A stretch of 64,000 nucleotides of DNA from Chiloscyllium plagiosum. Lineage: Eukaryota. Made by a program: the position numbers and the translations under genes. The stretch lies in the NCBI RefSeq assembly GCF_004010195.1, contig NC_057711.1, forward strand, positions 83,050,659-83,114,658, given 5' to 3'. Of this stretch, positions 24,623 to 38,599 are shown in pieces (position 1 is the stretch's first letter; each line of letters opens with the position of its first letter). Under the pieces are notes generated by a model. That model saw only the letters and a list, made by a program, of their open reading frames with translations. It was not told where the DNA came from and made no database searches.

Positions 24623-25756
24623 ACATAGCCCTGTTACTGCACCACCTCCCCACATAAGTATAATTCATGATGTCAAAGCAAAGACATAGATGAATTCAAC
24701 CACACTTCACTGTAAATTTCCTGTAAGGGGACAAGGCATCTTGAACTTTCTCCCAGGTGTACCTTCTCCACAGATGGCAAGGGACGTACCATTATGCAGC
24801 TAGCTGGAGGAGAAGTGCGAGAGGAGGATGCAGCTCAAGGGGTTGCCCTCTGGGGGAAACTGGCAGTGATTGCTAGACTTCTAAACATGTCCCAGCAATG
24901 GACATTCGTCATGTAGGTTCTTCAGCAAATTCCATGTGCAGAAGAATATCTCTAAGAATATCTCCTGGGATGTTTCTTTATGGGCCTCACATCCATTAGA
25001 AGCCCATGTCTTTTCCTGAAGCTCATCCCAATAATCGTTGTTTGAGCATTGTTGCTCCTCCCTTTTGTAACTGTTTGTTGTTTCTCATTGCCATGTTGTG
25101 CAGTAGTGTACGGAATAACAGAATATCCATGAAGCACTGTTGTGCAAACAGTGGTACCCCTCTGAACCTGTAAAGGCAATGGAAATCTGTGTGGCTATCA
25201 GTTTCATCTCAATAGCATATGAGCAGTTAGATTTCCTAATCTTCCAATTGTCTGCACCCAAAAACTTCACTGACCCTCACAATGACCTCCTTTCATTTGA
25301 ATCAGCAATGCTAGCAGAAAATGAAATTCAGAAAATGGCTATCTGCAATATGCAGTTGACTTTTGCTTTTCAGCTTATGGTCCTCCACCTTGCCTCATCA
25401 CTTCTGAGTTTGCCCCACATCATTCTTAACCTTAAAATAATTGTATAACTTCCCTCTCTAAGTTTGAAGGTCCTTTCATCACCCTGGACCTTGTCATTGT
25501 GGACTGGATATGTTGTTTCTCCCCATTGAGCCTACCCCATCCCCTTCAAGATTTCTCCTCTGTTTCTAGACCCTTTTGCATCTTTCTTAGAGTTTCCATT
25601 AGATCTAGTGATATGCTTTACATGACCTTTAAATATCCCTACCTCAGACAGGACTTGCCTGTCCACATAGCTAACTATTCCTGTGACTGTGAATATTCTC
25701 TTTGCCAGCCAGTGCCCTGAGTTTGCTGTACAGAACTCACATCTCAACAGCACGGT

Positions 25757-26073
25757 GGGCGGCACGGTGGCACAGTGGTTAGCACTGCTGCCTCACAGCG
25801 CCAGAGACCCGGGTTCAATTCCCGCCTCAGGCGACTGACTGTGTGGAGTTTGCACGTTCTCCCCGTGTCTGTGTGGGTTTCCTCCGGGTGCTTCGGTTTC
25901 CTCCAACAGTCCAAAGATGTGCAGGTCAGGTGAATTGGCCTTGCTAAATTGCCCCTAGTGTTAGGTAAGGGGTAAATGTAGGGGTATGGGTGGGTTGCGC
26001 TTCGGCGGGGCAGTGTGGACTTGTTGGGCCGAAGGGCCTGTTTCCACTCTGTAATTAATCTAATCTAAAAAAA
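25757..26073 (+). mobile_element. HE1-like V-SINE
   Basis: Same structure as 24319-24622; ends taatctaatctaaaaaaa. Confidence 0.9.
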
Positions 26074-26696
26074 AGCACTGAGACATGCTCTCATGTCTCT
26101 CATTTTGTTAATTCATACTTAGTTAACCCTCACACACCCTCCCTTCCCAAGGCACAAGGTTCTTCTCAAAGGTCAACCACCTTATGTGCTCCCTTGGAGC
26201 TCACTTTTATGCCTCCATTTTTCCACCTCAACATGCAAAACCACCACATCAGACTCGTTTGCTGGTTCAGACTCTCTCCACCCAAGTTGTCATTCTCCTG
26301 TTCCATTGCCTTGTGTTGCAGATTTCAACAAAGACGGTCACTGTGCTCAGTACATAACTGGATAAAGCTGACTGGGACACACCATCCTTACAGAAAGGTG
26401 AACAAAGTTCCTGTGCACTTCTGACAGAATTTTGAAGGTAGGACTAAATTTCAGATTGTTTTAATATTGTGAGCATTCATGCCATACAAATGTGGTCAAA
26501 TGGGAATGCGTCACAGGCCTGTGAAGCTGTGTATCCCTACCATACTGCAGACTTAATATTTCATTGAGAACCTGCTGTTGTGATTTGAACATTTCAGCTT
26601 TTACTTGATTAATTCATCCTCCCCATTTTCTGTTCTCCGAACATTTACTAAATTCTTTTGCGTATTTTTAATACCAAATCCCAACATGATAGTGTA

Positions 26697-29335
26697 ATAG
26701 AGTCATAGAGTCATATAGATGTACTGCATAGAAACAGATCTTTCAGTCCAACCTATCCATGCTGACCAGATATCCTAAATTAATCTAGTCTCATTTGCCA
26801 GCACTTGGCCCATAAGCCTCTAAACCCTTCCTATTCACATACTCATCCGGATGCCTTTCAAATATTGTAATTGTGCCAGTGTCCACCACTTCCTCTGGCA
26901 GCTCATTCCATCCATGCACCACCCTCTGTGTGGAAAAGGCACCCTTAAGGCCCCTTTTAGTTCTTTTTAAACCTTTCCCCTCTTACCCTAAACTTATGCC
27001 TTCTAGTTTTGGACTCCTCTATCCCAGGGAAAAGACCTTGTCTATTTTCCCTATCTGTGCACCTCCTGGCTTTATAAACCTCTACAAAGTCATCCCTCAA
27101 CCTCTGAACCTCCAGTGAAAATAACCCCAGCCTATGCAACCTCTCCCTGTAGCTCAAACCCTCCAACCCTGGCAACATTCTTGTAAATCTTTTCTGAAAC
27201 CCTTCAAGTTTCACAGCATTTTTCCTGCCGTAGGGAGACCAGAACTGCATGCAGTATTCCAAAAGTGGCCTAATCAATGTCCTGTACAGCCACAACATGA
27301 CCTCCCAACTCCTACACTCAATGCACTGATCAGTAAAGGCAAGCATACCAAAAAAACCTTCCTCACTTAAGCACGTCCTGGTCTGATTTTCCTTTCCAAA
27401 ATGCAGCACCTCACATTTATCTAAATTAAACACCATCCACCACTCCTTGGTCCATTGACCCATCTGATCAAGATCCCATTGAACTCTGAGATAACCTTCT
27501 TTGCTGTCCACTACACCTCCAATTTTGGTGTCATCTGAAAACTTACTAACCATACCTCCAAAGTTCACATCCGAATCATTTATATAGATGATGGAAAGCA
27601 GAGGATCCAGCACCGATCCTTTTGGCTCATTACTGGTCACAGGCCTCCAGTCTGAAATACCACCCTCCACCATCATTCTGTCTTCTACCTTCAAGCCATT
27701 TCTATATCCACATGGCTAGTTCTCCATATATTCCATGTGATTGAACCTTGCTAACCAGTTTCCCATAGGGAACTTTGTTGAAAGACTGACTGAAGTCCAT
27801 ATAGACTATACCCACCACTCTGCCCTCAATCCTCTTTGTTACTTCTTCAAACAGCTCAATCAAGTTGTGAGATATGATTTCCCATGCACAAAGCCATGTT
27901 GACTACCCGTTTTCAGGGAATTTGGAATGCCTTTCTAAATACATGTGAATTCCTGTCCCTCAGGATTCCCTCCAACAACTTGCCTATCACCGATGTTAGG
28001 CTCACTGGTTTATAGTTTCCTGGATTTTCCTTACCACCTTTCTTAAATAGTGGCATCACGTTAGCCAACCTCCAGTCTTCTGGCACCTCACCTATTGATG
28101 ATACAAATATTTCAGCAAGGGGCCCAGCAATCACTTCCTTAGCTTCCCACAGAATTCTAGAGTGCATCTGATCAGGTCCTGGTGATTTATCTACCTTTAT
28201 GCATTTTAAGACATCCAACACCACCTTCTCTGTACTGTGGACATCTTTCAAACTGTTGCTATTTATTTCCCTACATTTTATATCTTCTGTCTTTCTCCAC
28301 AGTAAACACTGATGCAAACTACTCAGTTATTATCTCCTCCATCTTCTGCGGTTCTGCACATAGGAGACATTGCTGATCTTTAATTGGCCTTATTCTATCC
28401 TATTTAACCTTTTGTCCTTAATGTATTTGTAGAATCCTTTGGATTCTCCTTAACCTATTTGCCAAAACTATCTCATGTCCCCTTTTTGACCTCCTACTGC
28501 CTTTATATTATGCTAGGGATTCACTTGATCTCTGCTGTCTATACTTGACATATGCTTCCTTCTTTCTCTTGACCAATACCTCAATTTCTCTAGTCATCTG
28601 GCATTCCCTACAGCTACTGGCCTTGCCCTTCACCCTAATAGGAACATATTGTCTTTGACTCTCGTTATCTCATTTTGAAAGCTTACCATTTTCCAGCCAC
28701 CCCTTTACCTCCAAACATCTGCCCCAATCAACTTTTGAAAGTTCTTACCTAATACAGTCAAAATTGGCCTTCCTCCAATTTAGAACTTCAACTTTTCGAT
28801 TCAGTCTATCCTTTCCATTACTATTTTAAAACGAATACAATTATGGTCGCTGCCCCCAAAGTGCTCCCCCAATGGCACCTCAGTCACCTGCCCTGCCTTA
28901 TTTCCCAAGAGTAGGTCAGGTTTTGCGCCTTCTCTAGTAGGTACATCCACATATTGAATCAGAAAATGTTCTTGTGCACACTTAACAAATTCCTCTCGAT
29001 TCAAGCCCTTTGCACTATGGCAGTCCCAGTCTGTGTTTGGAAAGTTAAAATCCCCTACCGTAACCACTCTATTATTCTTACAGATAACGGAGATCTCCTT
29101 ACAAATTTGTTTCTCAATTTCCCTCTGACTATTTGGGGGTTAATAGTACAATCCCAATACGGTGATCATTGCTTTCATCTTTCTCAGTTCCACCCAAACA
29201 ACTTTCCTGGATGTATTCCCAAGAATATCCTTTCTAAGTATAGGGATTATTATTCCTGATCAAAAACAGCACGCCCCCTCTCTTGCTCCCTCTTTCTATC
29301 CTTCCCATATCATCCAAATCCTGAAACATTAACTC
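26697..29335 (-). mobile_element. CR1 LINE ORF2 (APE endonuclease and RT), frameshifted, with 3' tail
   Basis: VGDFNFP..DW, SDHNCI, KSPGPD.MH.RIL, NYKPVSLTSV.GKLLE, PKGSVLDP..IYIND, KFSDDTK, RPLLEYC.QFWSP. Confidence 0.92.
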
Positions 29336-29709
29336 TAGTCAATCACACCAGTAACGGCAGGTGAGAGAATTGGAGCAATAAAAACAACAAATCTCATTGT
29401 TCATAAATTCTTTAATGATAAAGGATCTTTCTTCCTCCTTACCTTAGTAGATAGGGGCACTGACTCAAAGAACAACTAAAAGTAGATGAGGCAACTATCT
29501 GTCCATTAAAGATATAACTAGTCATGAATATGATGTTCCAAATTTGAGATGAAAGAAATACATGCATTTAATAGCAATTTTCGTGATGATTGCACATCTC
29601 AAAGTCATTTACAGCCAACAGACAGAAACTCTGATTGACCATAGGATGTGTAGGTAGGAATAGATAATTTGTCCCATCAAGTCTGTTCCATAGCTTGAAT
29701 GATATTTGT

Positions 29710-30990
29710 ATCATTAATAGCCATGGGTGAGGTGTTGGAAGATTGGAGGGTGGCTAATGTGGCACCATTATTTAAGATAGGTGATAATGAAAAACAAGAA
29801 ACTATAAACTGGTGAGTTTGATATCAGTGGTGGATAAGTTGTTGGAGGGGATTCTGAGGGATAGGATATACATGTATTTGATAAGCCAAGGACAGATTAG
29901 GGATAGTCACTGTAGCTTTGTGCATGGGAAATTGTGTCTCAGTAACTTATTTGAGTTTTTTTTGAAGAAGTGACAGAGAGGATTGATTGAAGTAGAGTGG
30001 TAGGTGTTGTCTATATGGACTTTAGTAAGATAGTCGAAAAGATCCCACATAGTAGATTGGTTAGTAAGGTTAGATCACATGGAAGCCAGGGAAAGCTAGC
30101 CATTTGGATTAAAAGTTGGCTTGAAAGTAGTAGACAGAGGGTGGTGGAGAGTTGCTTTTCGGACTGGAGGCCTATAACTAGCAATGTACTGCAAGGATCC
30201 GCGCTGAGTACACTGCTTTTCATTATTTATATAATTGATTCAGATGTGAATTTAGGAGGAATGGTTAGTAAGTTTGCAGACGACACCAAAATTGGTGAAG
30301 AAGTTGACAGTGAAGAAGGTTATCTCAGAGTAGAACATGTACTCAAATGGGCTGATGGGCTGAGGAGTGGCGAATGAAGTTTAATTTAGATAAATGTGAG
30401 GTGTTACTTGTTGGAAAGGCAAACTGGGCAGGACTTATATGCTTAATGGCAAGGTCCAGGGGAGTGTTGCCAAACAAATGGACGTTGGAGTGTAGGTTCA
30501 GTGGGTCGACAGGGTAATGAAGAAGCTGCTTGGCGTGCTTGAATGTTGCCAAGGTTGGAGAATTGGAGCTAAAGGGAGAGACTGAATAAGTTGGGGCTAT
30601 TTTCCCTGGAGCATTGGAGGCTGAGGTATGACTTTATAGATAGGATGAATGGATAGGGTGAATAGCCAAGGTCTTTTTCCCAGAGTAGGAGAGTTCAAAC
30701 CTAGAAGCATAGGTTTAAGGTGAGAGGCGAAGATTTAAAAGGGATCTAAGCGGCACCTCTTTCATACAAAAGATGATGTGTATATGGAATGAGTTGCCAG
30801 AGGTGGTGTTGGGGGTTGGTACAATTACAACATTTAAAAGGCATCCAAATGGGTACATGAATAGGGAAGGGTTTAGAGAGATATGGACCAATTGGCAAAT
30901 GGGACTAGATTAATATAGGATATCTAGTCGGCTTGGACGAATTGGATTGAAAGGTTTGTTTCTGTGCATTATGTCTCCAACTTTCTATAG
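29710..30990 (+). mobile_element. CR1 LINE RT and 3' tail
   Basis: VYMDFSK...PHSRL, QGSALSTLLFIIYI, KFADDTK; 3' UTR as in other copies. Confidence 0.9.
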
Positions 30991-30994
30991 GCTT

Positions 30995-31905
30995 CCGATA
31001 TTTCAATAATATTCATCTCCTCTATTCTTCCTATCAAAGTGCATTAACTCACATTTTCCCAACATACGTACTATTTGCCAAGTTTTTCCCTACTCATTCA
31101 ACTTGTCTATATCTCTCTGTAGATTAGCAGCAAATTACTGTGGATGTTGGAATCTGTACTGAAAACAGAAATTGCTGGAAATCACAGCAGGTCAGGCAGC
31201 ATCGGAGGAGAGAGAGGAGGCTAATATTTTGAGTCTGGATGACTCTTCATCAGCTCTGTGGTTTCCAATATGTTTTGTTTTTAGTCTCTTTGTAGATTCT
31301 TTAATTCATCCTCATGAATTGACTTCCTACTTATTTTTTGTCCACAAATTTGGTGATTGTACTTTCACTTCTGTCATCCAAGCTATCAATGTATATTGTA
31401 AATATTTATGGCCCAGCACTGATCCCTATGACACTTCAATAGTTACAGGTTATCATCAGAAATGTCCCCTTCGTCCCAACTGTCTTCTACTAGCTGGCCA
31501 ATTCTCTATGCATGTTAATATACTTCTTACGACTGTTTATGTTCTTATCTTAAGTAACCTAACAAGTGGTACCATTTAAAATACCTTTTGGAAATCCAAA
31601 TATATTACATCTATTGGTACCCCTTTGTCTATTCTGTTTAGTACCTTCTCAGAGACCTCTACTGAGTTTGTCAGGCATAATTGTCCTTTCATGAAGCCAT
31701 GTTAACTCTGCACAATTATATTATGTATCTCTAAATACTCTACATATTACATCCTTTACAATAGACTCTAACATTTTTCCAATAACAGACATTAAGCTAA
31801 TTGGCCTATAGTTACCTGATTATTGTCTCCTTCCCTTTTTAAATAACAGTGTTACACTGACAGTGGGATTTTCCAGAATCGCTGGATTCTTGGAAGAATA
31901 CTACA
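30995..31905 (-). mobile_element. Second CR1 subfamily RT fragment, interrupted at 31126-31284
   Basis: Reverse complement resembles CR1 RT (GNYRPISL.S, DVIYLDFQK, QGSVLG). Confidence 0.65.
31126..31284 (-). mobile_element. Hammerhead-bearing mini-element, 14-bp TSD
   Basis: TSD tctct(c/t)tgtagatt at 31112-31125 and 31285-31298. Minus strand: ctgatgaagagtcatccagactcaaaatattagc (CpG-decayed core). Confidence 0.75.
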
Positions 31906-33300
31906 AAATAGAGCTATGAATGAGGTGAGCAATTGCTTATCCAATGGCATTTGCCACAATCTACTATTTGCATCTGTTTTATGAAAACTCTGCTTTTGGA
32001 TAATTTAGCTAGATTCTTGGCAGTTGTGGATATGTTGAGTTTTTCTTCCTGCTGCCTTATTGAATTGTATAAGTTGTATAAGATGTGTAAAGACCTAGTG
32101 GTTTAGTATCTTTGTTCAATGAAATGCTGTCTTCAGTTTTGAAACTCCCCATCCCTATAAACTAATTGGGATATTCCTTTCCAAAGGACCTTCTTAGCTT
32201 TTAACTTGGCACCTCTTGAGTGAAATTGAGGTCAATATACACTGGCCTACAAAATTTATAAGGTTTCTAGTATTTAGTTTCCCTACATGGTAGAATCGCT
32301 CATAGCCTTTAATGTTACATGTAATGTTCCCCAGATCTTGGAGCTGAACTTTTGTTGGCTGTGAGCAGTGCTTTGTCAAGCAATGCTTGCTATCTAACAA
32401 TATTGGCTCTCATATCCAACTCAAAATTATAGATTCCCATTGACATTATTTGGTCCAAGCCACTGATTTCTGCAATGAAAATTTTGGGTTTAATTTCTAC
32501 TGAAGACTGTTCTCCATAATCTTTCCCTTTCTGAGGAGGTCATTAATTGTTTGCTTTTTGTGGCTGACTCTTGCTTCTGCACGTTTTCTCAAAGTGAACT
32601 ACTTCCTTCCAATAATAGCATTCAGTTTTAAGCAGGACACTGTTTATTTTTTGCTCCACAGCATTGGAATGAATTTTTAGAGCCTTGTCTCTGTCTTACC
32701 CCGTGCACTGGCTTATCTCCTCTGTCTTTTGTGTTTCTGTACTTTATAAAGTGAATGTAATCCAATGGTTTCCTGTACTAAGTTGTAAACTTTTCTGTAT
32801 TGGATTCATCTGTTTTGCTTCTAGACTTCTGTTTCACTTACCATGTGAATGGCTGTCTCTAGATTCAGGTCTTTTTTGGACTATATTAAATCTGAAAAAG
32901 ACTAATCAGTTATGTCCACAACTATCTAGTCTCAAAGGAATTCAGACTTTAAGTCACCATTGTCCCATATCTCCACTAGCCTGTAGATATTATGGTGAAT
33001 TAATCCATTCACTTGGAGGTTGTACACTTTTGATAAGTCTTGCCCTTTCTAGAATTCTTTATTTTTGCTGTTGAAATAATTTGTCAAAGGCTTTCAATTC
33101 CTCTTCAAATTTGTCTGCTTCTTCATGTACACCCCTTCAGTGAGCAATAGCAGCATTTGTGTACCAAAGTTTGTCGACTTGTTCAGCTCTGTCTTAGTTT
33201 CCAGTTCGGAAACTATTCTGTACCTTAGAAATTGTTTTCTCTACAATGTTGAATTTTGTGTTTTATTTAGCTCGTCTCTGAAATTAAATCTGTCCATGCT
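31905..33300 (-). mobile_element. Decayed Gypsy gag and RT relic
   Basis: Minus translation ILERARL.K.VQPP...YRLVE...GDLKSEFL.D.IVV.ITD...DLNLETAI (gag) and DANSRLWQMPLD..LLTSFI (RT). Confidence 0.6.
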
Positions 33301-36300
33301 GTTCCGATGCCACAGCTTCCCAAATTTTATCTTCTGTATAGATTTTTTATTGTGCAATAATGATGGGCTTTCCCAGCTTTGCTGTTGTACTAGAAATTTC
33401 TTGTGCTTTCCAGCTAAAAGTGACATTACTTTGTGCTTCAGAGCTTTGTTAACATTCCCATTCTCATCTCCTTAAAACCCATTTGTGTTAGATCAGAAAT
33501 TGATACTTCTTTGAATTGTCCAATGCTCATTTATTTTGGTTATAAATTTTCCTGACTCTCTGATCCCAACATGACAAATTATTTTATGGTGACCCATTAG
33601 TTTCATTTCTTTAGCACTGCTTCATGGTAGCAGCACGATATGGCAATAGAGCTGCAACCTTTCAAAATTACTGCCCTTTCAGCTTGATTCACTGCTGTTT
33701 AAAGTATCCCCTTTGTACTAGGGAAATGTTTTATTTTAGTTCATTCAATCCTTGATATCTGGTTGTTTCACTGGCTCATCTGATTCTAGTTCGCTCCCGC
33801 AGACTATTGTCTCCTGGCCTTAGAGCTGCCAATTTCTTCTGTTTCTGTTTGTTTTCTGTCAGGTCTAAAATATCTTTTCTATTATTCTCTGAAGTAATCT
33901 TCTGTGCTGAGTGTAGCCACAAGGTTGTTTCGGGCTCACTGATATCAGAAATCAGCAGTATCTGTTTCTCTTGAAGTCTTATATTTCTCTCCTCAAACAT
34001 ATCACTTTGCACTTTTTAAAAAAATAATTCATATGTTCATCCATTCGATTAGCTTGATGAAGTCCTTTTAAGTTTACATCTTTCTCAGTTCACTGCACTT
34101 TAATGTTTTGTGCTGTCTGCAAATTGTGAAACTGTACCCCATACATGGAAGTCTATCTTAATAGATTTCAAAAATAGCAGTGGTCTGAAAATTGATTGGG
34201 AACAATTTCCTCTTATCTGAAGATGGAGGAGACTTGGTGCTGAAGTAAATAATTAATGCCAATTGCCTTATGTGGCAAAATTCTTACTATTGTCAGCACG
34301 TTTTCTTTCCAGATAGCAACTGTGCCAGCATGGTACTTGTTGTGGTCATCCACTGGACCTATCCGAGATACCTTGGCTAGATTTTATTGCCACCAATGTT
34401 ATTGAGATCAAATGGAGAAGAATGCCCACTAGAAATCTTCTGCTGAAGAAAGCACCCATCATTATAAACAAAATAGGTTTATTTCACAGTACTTAATAGC
34501 TTATTACATTATATCTGAAACACATTGGTCTTTGTTAAGTCTTCAGTCTGTACATATGAGTAACTGTACATTATTGTTACTGAAACATTCTGGTGCAATA
34601 TTAAGAGTTATCTGAATAAAACTGATAGCTCCTCCTAGGGACAACCCTTTATATCTTGATAGGTGAAACCTAACCAGTGATGTGAGGGAAACCCTCCCCT
34701 CCCCTATTATCTTATACACCAGTTAACTAAAATGCCATTATTTGGGGGGAACCATAACCAAAATTGATCCAAATGCCTACAATTTTCAATATTTCTAATG
34801 TTTTTGTTACACTGCCTGAGAGACACCCACTCAATCTGGTAACATGTAATGTTTGGACTGACATCCAGAAGTGCTCCTTCACCCAAAAACACAATCAACA
34901 AAGGATAAAATTTAAAATGTTGTAATGGAGACAAAAACTCTGAACTTTAAGGAAAACCTGTATACTACAGCGAGTGGATTTCAGGATATCTCTGGATAAA
35001 TAAATTAAGATGAGCTTTCTGTCATTCCTCATCTGTACTTACCATGTGATCTTTAGTTAGTTGTTTATGGCTCAGTGGAACTGTTAGCAATGATCTTATC
35101 TCATCATTATTCTTCAGAAGCCAACCACACCTTTTGAAGTGTGCATATGTTGTAAAACATGGAAATCTAGAGCCTAGCCTCAGTGATTCTATATCCAACT
35201 GCAAACTGTCATTAATCAGAAATTATTGAATGATCAAGAACTTCTACTTTTAAGCTATAAGTCTAGCTTTAAAAATTCTTAAAATGTTACACCCATTTAA
35301 AAAGTAATAGTTGGGTTTTTAAACAGCATATGAAGTTCATAATTACTGATGAAAAGCTTTCATTGCTCTGACACACCAATTTTATATTTAGGGCACAACA
35401 GTTTTCTTCATTGTAATTAAACCAGATTTGTAAACTTTTTAAGTCATTTATCTTTATTTCAGTTTATATTTTAATCCCACCAATGTATCTCAGTCATTTA
35501 TTTCCTTTATGAGAACAAGATTGAAATGGAAGAATAGCTGGTGTTTTTCACTTCCTAGTTTGCTCTCTGTGAGAACACAAATGTAATTGGCTGCTTCCCC
35601 CATTTCATTACCGACATCGCAAAAATCATTGTGTTTTTGTGGGCACATTTCTTGGCGGTTATTGTCGAGCACTTGTTGTTTTGCTGCTGACCACAGAATT
35701 AAAATTTATGTTGAATTCATTGGCACAAAGTTTCAACTTTCTGCAATTTGTTGTTTTATGTTTTTCCACACTCAGCTTCCTTCCATCATTCATGCATTTC
35801 CAAGATGATTCATCCATAACATTAGTTCCTAGCTTGAAATACACTCAAAAAATGTTGTGTTCTCAAATGATAAGTTTACCTCTGTAATACAGAGAATTGC
35901 TGGGGGAAGTACATTAATGTGTATTGATGATACCCGTTTGCATCACCTATGTCAGTTTAAATGCACAGGGAGGATGGTAGATAAACCAATTCATATGGTA
36001 GACCTGTTTTCCAATGCAACATAATCAGAGTACTTAATTAAACTTTCATGTCTTTGTCACTGGATTTGATTATAGACCTAATGTAATGACAAGGCAATTT
36101 GCCCACTAAATTTGCTGGCCAATTTAATGGGGTTGTACATTGACACTGTTCCAGCAGGATATATGTTTGTGGATATCATAGTGTACTTATGTTTCATTAT
36201 TGCTGCTTTCAGCATTAGAGAAACCTGAAAGAAATGTTATTTAAAAGGTGCTTATGATAGCTATTACCATTAATACAACAAACAAAATATAATCTGGTAA

Positions 36301-37004
36301 GACCAAAGTTGCTTCATGACAAAATAAACAAAATTATGACTCTATAACCATCAACTTTGAAATGGATATCAAATGAACAATCACTCACCCACCATTAACT
36401 AAAGATCTGCTCCCATCTTTCATTATACAAAGTTTTTTTTTGTATTCCCATCTCACCAGTCCCACCATGGCAGAAATCTAAAAGTCTTTTCTTTGTGCTT
36501 AAATTCTTGCATTTGCATGGCTTCCACTTATTTCTGAACCTTACCCAGTACTAACCACTTCCTGAACTGTTTACTCCTCTGGCCAGTCTCTTGCACAGCC
36601 ATATTTGCAACCTCCCCACCCACTACTGCTGTCCTCTGTTAAGGATATGGCAGGAAGTCAGGAAATCAGGATAGAAATTGCACTTCATACCAATTAGGAT
36701 GAGGAATGATGAATGAGTTTACAAGTGTCTAGACAGCTATGGAACTTAACCAGACCAGGAACCAAAAGGAAAAATAGCCAAGCTGTATAGAAAGCAAAAG
36801 CTTGAGTCTAACCACTGTCTGTGTCAAATAAAGGAGAGAGACAATAGAGATGCAACAGCCAAGGTTGTACAATATTGCTAACCATCTTGAGATGTCAAAC
36901 GTAATGTCATTACTTAAATATTAAATAGACTTAAACATCCTAAACAAATTCAATACTATAAGGCTAGAATTTCTGCCTGACTACATTTGCTTTTCCTGTT
37001 CGGT

Positions 37005-37163
37005 CATAGAGTCAGACAAATGTAGAGCACAGAAATAAACTCTTTGGTCCAACTTGTCCATGCCAACCAGATATCTTAACCTAATCTAGTCCCATTTGCC
37101 AGCACTTCGCCCAAATCCCTCTAAAACCTTCCTATTCATATACCCATCCAGATACCTTTTAAA
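37005..37163 (-). mobile_element. CR1 3' tail
   Basis: Reverse complement of the tail at about 38355-38510. Confidence 0.8.
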
Positions 37164-38513
37164 ACGCATGAAGGTGAATAAATCCCCAAGACCTGATCGG
37201 ATGTACCCAAGAGCTCTGTGGGAAACTAGGGAAGTGATTGCTGGGCCTCTTGCTGAGATATTTGTATCATCGATAGCCACATGTGAGGTGCCGGAAGACT
37301 GGAGGTTGGCTAATATGTGCCACTGTTTATGAAGGGTGGTAGAGACAAGCCAGGGAACTATAGACCAGTGAGNNNNNNNNNNNNNNNNNNNNNNNNNNNN
37401 NNNNNNNNNNNNNNNNNNNNNNNNNNNNNNNNNNNNNNNNNNNNNNNNNNNNNNNNNNNNNNNNNNNNNNNNNNNNNNNNNNNNNNNNNNNNNNNNNNNN
37501 NNNNNNNNNNNNNNNNNNNNNNNNNNNNNNNNNNNNNNNNNNNNNNNNNNNNNNNNNNNNNNNNNNNNNNNNNNNNNNNNNNNNNNNNNNNNNNNNNNNN
37601 NNNNNNNNNNNNNNNNNNNNNNNNNNNNNNNNNNNNNNNNNNNNNNNNNNNNNNNNNNNNNNNNNNNNNNNNNNNNNNNNNNNNNNNNNNNNNNNNNNNN
37701 NNNNNNNNNNNNNNNNNNNNNNNNNNNNNNNNNNNNNNNNNNNNNNNNNNNNNNNNNNNNNNNNNNNNNNNNNNNNNNNNNNNNNNNNNNNNNNNNNNNN
37801 NNNNNNNNNNNNNNNNNNNNNNNNNNNNNNNNNNNNNNNNNNNNNNNNNNNNNNNNNNNNNNNNNNNNNNNNNNNNNNNNNNNNNNNNNNNNNNNNNNNN
37901 NNNNNNNNNNNNNNNNNNNNNNNNNNNNNNNNNNNNNNNNNNNNNNNNNNNNNNNNNNNNNNNNNNNNNNNNNNNNNNNNNNNNNNNNNNNNNNNNNNNN
38001 NNNNNNNNNNNNNNNNNNNNNNNNNNNNNNNNNNNNNNNNNNNNNNNNNNNNNNNNNNNNNNNNNNNNNNNNNNNNNNNNNNNNNNNNNNNNNNNNNNNN
38101 NNNNNNNNNNNNNNNNNNNNNNNNNNNNNNNNNNNNNNNNNNNNNNNNTTTACAAAATTATGAGGGGCATGGATAGGATAAATAGACATAGTCTTTTCCC
38201 TGGGGTCAGGGAGTCCAGAACTAGAGGGCATAGGTTTAGGATGAGAGGGGAAAGATATAAAAGAGACCTAAGGGGCAACTTTTTCACACAGAGGGTGGTA
38301 CGTGTATGGAATGAGCTGCCAGAGGAAGTGGTGGAGGCTGGTACAATTGCAACATTTAAAAGGCATTTTGATGGTTATATGAATAGGAAGGGTTTGGACG
38401 GATATGGGCCGGGTGCTGGCAGGTGTGACTAGATTGGGTTGGGATATCTGGTCAGCATGGACAGGTTGGACCGAAGGATCTGCTTCCAAGCTATACATCT
38501 CTATGACTCTATA
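37160..38513 (+). mobile_element. 5'-truncated CR1 RT and 3' tail spanning an N gap
   Basis: KSPRPDRMYPRALWE...PGNYRPV; after the gap YKIMRG.DR...TRGH.F...NFFTQRVVRVWNELP. Confidence 0.85.
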
Positions 38514-38599
38514 TAGCAATCAAGATTATTTGGTGGATATTGGAAGGCAAGATCTGTTGACTTTCATGCCAATAGGTAAACTAGGTAAACAAATATAAC

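Noticed and set aside
24700..25460. Harbinger-like transposase remnant or host exon
   Set aside because: No convincing catalytic or domain motif in any frame.
24319..26073. tRNA genes suggested by A/B boxes
   Set aside because: They are SINE heads followed by a V-domain and LINE tail; no full cloverleaf.
37086..38432. ORFs of 371-381 aa
   Set aside because: Mostly Ns; the real parts are CR1 RT.
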